Shown one piece after another: positions 59,990 through 64,000 of a stretch of 64,000 nucleotides of DNA (position 1 is the first letter of the stretch; each line of letters opens with the position of its first letter). The position numbers were made by a program, and so were the translations under genes. The notes under the pieces were generated by a model. That model was not told the DNA's origin and did not search any database. It saw nothing but the letters and a program-made list of their open reading frames with translations. Source of the stretch: Eukaryota sp. TZLM1-RC (Eukaryota > Protista > Metamonada: BaSk clade). The stretch is from NCBI GenBank assembly GCA_040285825.1, contig JAUPSS010000001.1, positions 3,782,001 through 3,846,000 of the forward strand, read 5' to 3'.

Positions 59990-60880
59990 ATGGAGGAATA
60001 TCGTAGGAGACAACATGAGCGATGGTTACAACAACGTCAAACTTCTCAAAGACGAACTCCCCCTCAACAACCTACAGCTACTCAATCATTTCAACCTCCA
60101 CCTTCTCAACATCCAACACCTTCCGTTGATTCTTCAAGACAAAGACAAATCGATGAAGATGAAGAACTCGCACGTCGACTACAGGCCCAATACTTAATGG
60201 AAGCAGAAACCTTTCACCCATCTACAGAGGATGAAGTTTTAGCTTCACCCCTAGAAGACAGTGAACAGGTTGAAGAGTTTGAACAGCCATTTGAACCTCC
60301 ACAACACCCTCAGAGTTCTCATCACCAGCAACAACGGTTCATGAGCTATCCAAGTGGTCCCATTCCAGATCCTTTTTCCTTCCCCGTTCCATCAGAAATG
60401 ATGCATCCAAGGAGTAGAGGTAGAGGTCGGTCTCCATTTGGTTCATTTAACTCGCTGTTTTCGATGTTTGATAGAATGTTTCAACCATCCTTTCAAAGAA
60501 TGCAGGAAGAACCCGACCAAGTGAGTGAAATGCCACCAGAGATGCAAATGATGTTTGGTTTTCCAGGGTTTCCGGGCCGAGTTATGAGGCCAAGAGGTCC
60601 CGGAGGGTTGTACGAAATGCTCTCTCAACTGCAACCTGTGGAGAGACCCGCAGATCCCAACGTGGTCAGCCAATTACCTGTTATTGACCATAAACCCGGA
60701 ACACTACCGGAAGACGAACACAGATGTCCCATTTGCCTAGGAGATTTTGAAACAGGAGAGAAAGTCATCGTTCTGCCTTGTAACCATCGTTTACATCAAA
60801 AAGAATGTTCAGAGGAACTATTCAAGCATTACTCACAGTGTCCAATGTGCAGGACGGAATTGCCACGGGGTGAGAGGTAA
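59990..60880 (+). CDS. RING-H2 E3 ubiquitin ligase with a UIM/MIU-like ubiquitin-binding motif
   Basis: DEDEELARRLQAQ; CPICLGDF..LPCNH.LH..C..CPMCR. Confidence 0.88.
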   Translation: MEEYRRRQHERWLQQRQTSQRRTPPQQPTATQSFQPPPSQHPTPSVDSSRQRQIDEDEELARRLQAQYLMEAETFHPSTEDEVLASPLEDSEQVEEFEQPFEPPQHPQSSHHQQQRFMSYPSGPIPDPFSFPVPSEMMHPRSRGRGRSPFGSFNSLFSMFDRMFQPSFQRMQEEPDQVSEMPPEMQMMFGFPGFPGRVMRPRGPGGLYEMLSQLQPVERPADPNVVSQLPVIDHKPGTLPEDEHRCPICLGDFETGEKVIVLPCNHRLHQKECSEELFKHYSQCPMCRTELPRGER

Positions 60881-62279
60881 TTTTGATGTTTCAAATATCA
60901 TATAATAATGGTCTTTTTGTCTTTTTTATATTGATTTTGATCAATTTGCATTGTGTATAAATTTTATTTTGAAATTCTTTAGAATCGAATTCTTTTTTTC
61001 TTTTTTTTTGAAAGAAAAACTTTATTTCTCATGTTTGTAAAAATCAAGCTGTTGATACCAACAATTTTGAATTCAAATGTAGATGACTGAGGAAGAGAGA
61101 AGTCGTTGGGAAATGTAGTTTTTAGCATTCTCAAAGCTATTACAAAAAAACACTGTATGAAAAGTGAAATGTTGTGGAGCTTAATTTTGACATTATGCTG
61201 ATGAGTCGCAATTAAATTCAGTTTTTTTATATTGATACTGACTTTCAACCCAAAGTCGCAACACAGTATTTTAGCTGCTTTTACTTTCGTGTTAATGAGT
61301 GTCCAATTTAGGTATAAAGGGAAGCTTCAATTGTGTAGCCAACGTTTATTTGAGCTTTTGATTGCAAAAAAACAAAGTTAAAAGAATGGCTAAAAGTGGT
61401 GAAACAAACTCACTGAATTGCTTTTCTGTTAACCTCCCTGGACAGTTTACTCTACTGTTTTTAGTTACATGGCGTCATCTTTCTAACACTTGGAACAAAC
61501 TTCCATTTGTTGGGTTTATGTGTGATGTGCACAGAACCCAACATTTGTTGGTGAAAGTCGCAGACTCGCTGCACACTTTACTGAATAATGACATTTATTG
61601 AATTATTTACTTCAAAATTAATTAATTGCTGTCCTGAATCCGTTTATTGGAAAACGGTGATAATGAGACTGGTTTTATAGCACTTATTTGTCTCCATCCA
61701 GTGTATTAAGTTATTAACAAAGTCAGCTCTAATGAATCATTTCGAAATGTGCTTCAATCAATCCTTGGACCGGATGACGCAATACAAACTTCCCGTGAGT
61801 GGGAATTATTACGATAAAACTGAGAACACTACCGTGAAGACATTGGTTCCAGTGCAGCCCCAAGCAAAGTGCCAGAGAATGTGGAATATGTGTGACACTG
61901 GAAATGGTGGCTGCATTGTAAATTCTTTCCCAATTGAAAGTGTGATTTGAAGAAGTGATTGCTTTATTGGATCCGTTAAATGATATAAATTTTATTATGT
62001 TCATCTCAATTTGGATTGGGACGAATAACTTCAGAACATATGTGAGAAGGGACCTTCCGAACGTATCAAATGTGCCGAATGACAAAAATCCATCAATTCT
62101 TCCCATTCCACACTCACTGCTTCTTCTCTAAGATACAGAGTGTGAGTGCATAATCACTCTTGAAAATCGTCACACTCAATAATTTTGTTTCTACTTCCTT
62201 GCATAGAATCAGTAAATAATTGTAATTAAAACAAATTTATTAAACTTATGTAAACTTAAGTTATTCAACTAAAATACAT

Positions 62280-63122
62280 CTACTTCATTCTATAAAAAGC
62301 AATAGATCTGGTCACCGTGCTCTTGGGGGTCGAAGTGGGTCTAAAAATAGGAGTAGAACTGCTTCTCTTCACCTTTGTCCCCTTATTCTCTTCCAATGGC
62401 TTATACTCTGGGAAAGGGGAGAAAGTGCCTCCCACCTTACCTCCCTTGGAAGGGGAACTTGGAACAAAAGGCTTGACGGAGGGTTTCTTGGCCTTATCCT
62501 TAGAGGGCGAGAAAGCACCAGGTTCGTACTTGTAGGGCTCGTTCCGGTCAAAGCTATCTAATGAGTGCGAGGTCGACACGAATGGTTTCAGTGAGTTTCT
62601 TTCCTTCTTTCCCCCTTCCTTGGGGAGGGGTTCAGGGATGTATTCAGGAACGCGACCAATAGTAATTCCGTTGTAGCTATACCCACTGCCTCTCTTTGCG
62701 GGGGAGGTATAAATGTTGCGCTTTTCATGTTTGATGCTCTTGGGATCGACCTTCTTCGGGGCAGTCTCGGGTTTATACTCAAACTTACCGAGAGTGCCAT
62801 AACTGGGGGAGAGAAGACCGGGGCCAGTGGCTTTCTTTGGGGGCGAGGAAGGGCGGAATGGTTGATTGACAACACATTTCTTGGTTTGAGCAAGACGCTC
62901 ACGACGAGCGATGGTTTCCATTTCTACATATGGTTCATTAGTGTACAGAGATTCGAATTTAGCAAAGGTTTCTTTCTTTGAACAGCCAGCTTTAAATTGA
63001 AGACCTTTGTATCGGGAATCTTTAGAAGACGGATCTTTGGTGTCATAAGGTTCACCAACGGAATTAGTTAGGGGAGGGGAGAAGTAGCCCAGAGAGTTAA
63101 GGTCTTGAGGGGCGGCGGGCAT
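62280..63122 (-). CDS. CFAP96: cilia- and flagella-associated protein 96-like (C4orf47/UPF0602)
   Basis: LGYFS..VGEPY, PFRPSSP repeats, RNIYTSPAKRGSGY.Y..TIG. Confidence 0.75.
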   Translation of the reverse strand: MPAAPQDLNSLGYFSPPLTNSVGEPYDTKDPSSKDSRYKGLQFKAGCSKKETFAKFESLYTNEPYVEMETIARRERLAQTKKCVVNQPFRPSSPPKKATGPGLLSPSYGTLGKFEYKPETAPKKVDPKSIKHEKRNIYTSPAKRGSGYSYNGITIGRVPEYIPEPLPKEGGKKERNSLKPFVSTSHSLDSFDRNEPYKYEPGAFSPSKDKAKKPSVKPFVPSSPSKGGKVGGTFSPFPEYKPLEENKGTKVKRSSSTPIFRPTSTPKSTVTRSIAFYRMK

Positions 63123-63199
63123 CGGCTGATATCACAGAAACTGAATCAAATTGGGTTTTTCAAAACAACCCCACATTGATGATCAAAAATGATGCTCCT

Positions 63200-64000
63200 A
63201 CAATTGTTGCTGTGGTTGCTGACAATAAACTCCTCAAATTTCAATTAAAAGAATTGTAACAAAAATTTGAAGAACAGCTGTTTTATACATCAATTGATGA
63301 AGAAATTGTCGCAGATTTTAAATCAATAATAAGGAATTAATATAACTTTTAATATCCAGCATTTGCGCAAAGAATCTTTAAACAAGTAGAACAACATTAG
63401 AAAAGTTTAATTGATGAATTAAGCCTGTTCACATTAACGGTATCGCTATCTATCATTTTAAGGACTCTGTTGTGTTAACTCTGCTTTGCATTGTCTAGTA
63501 ACATATCAACACAATTGGCTTTATATTATGGATATCAGCTACATCTGTTATGTTTTGAACGGTGTTTAGTGATTGAAAAATCTGCACTATGAGTGAACCA
63601 TAGTTCCACATCAATTCATTCAACATCGTTTAATTTTCCAGCTTTTAACAATTATTTTTCAAAATTTGCTAATTCTTTATATGAAAAATCAGCTCCTTAG
63701 CGAATCCAATTTTGAAAATCCTTTTTTCTCAAATGGTTCAAAATTGATAGAATCAGCTGTAATGTGATGATCAGTCTAACACATTTTAGCATTATACCCA
63801 TCACTAGTGGTGTCTCTTACTGTATATACATCATTTTGGCATTAATTCGAATAAAAAATTGAAAAAATTTTCAATGAATTCTGATCATGTTCCAACAAAC
63901 GATAACTCTGGTATCAAAATTCTTTATCCACAACTAGGACAATATTGGAGAAATATGGTTGTTGTAATGTGAATAAGTTCATTTGTGGAGTATTGGTGAT
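63200..64000 (-). pseudogene. possible heavily decayed hAT-like transposase
   Basis: broken motifs TTSDG, SHSAD, LLDNAK in plausible order; no intact frame. Confidence 0.25.

Noticed and set aside
61000-62170. Possible transposase or gene remnants
   Set aside because: Only isolated weak motifs and no consistent frame
1-64000. Stop-codon reassignment to explain the many in-frame stops
   Set aside because: Conserved host genes end properly at TAG (H4), TAA (H3) and TGA (MAF1); interruptions are concentrated in mobile elements and include frameshifts

Overview
AT-rich nuclear DNA from a eukaryote, most likely a flagellated protist: it has a CFAP96-like gene, MAF1, four core histones, 27-32 nt spliceosomal introns and the standard genetic code. 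Compact host genes (SNF2 N-terminus, MAF1, FYVE-ARM, NmrA-like, an EmrE-like SMR transporter, a DAACS transporter, RING-H2 ligase, CFAP96-like, H4/H3/H2B/H2A cluster) sit among dense mobile-element debris. The debris includes many 5'-truncated CRE-like RLE non-LTR retrotransposons from several subfamilies, a chromodomain Gypsy element with apparent 77-bp LTRs, a MULE-like TIR element and a 72-bp hAT-like MITE. Main observations: (1) three Fanzor (eukaryotic TnpB-like RNA-guided nuclease) loci, one apparently fused to an N-terminal DEDDy 3'-5' exonuclease and another split by a retrotransposon and not recognisable from the ORF track; (2) a divergent histone 3' stem-loop (GGTGTT-TTTC-AACACT) behind all four histone genes; (3) tiny introns with the branch A fixed 7 nt from the 3' end; (4) a bacterial-type SMR transporter. 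All calls come from reading motifs by eye; no searches were run, and the ends of decayed fragments are approximate.
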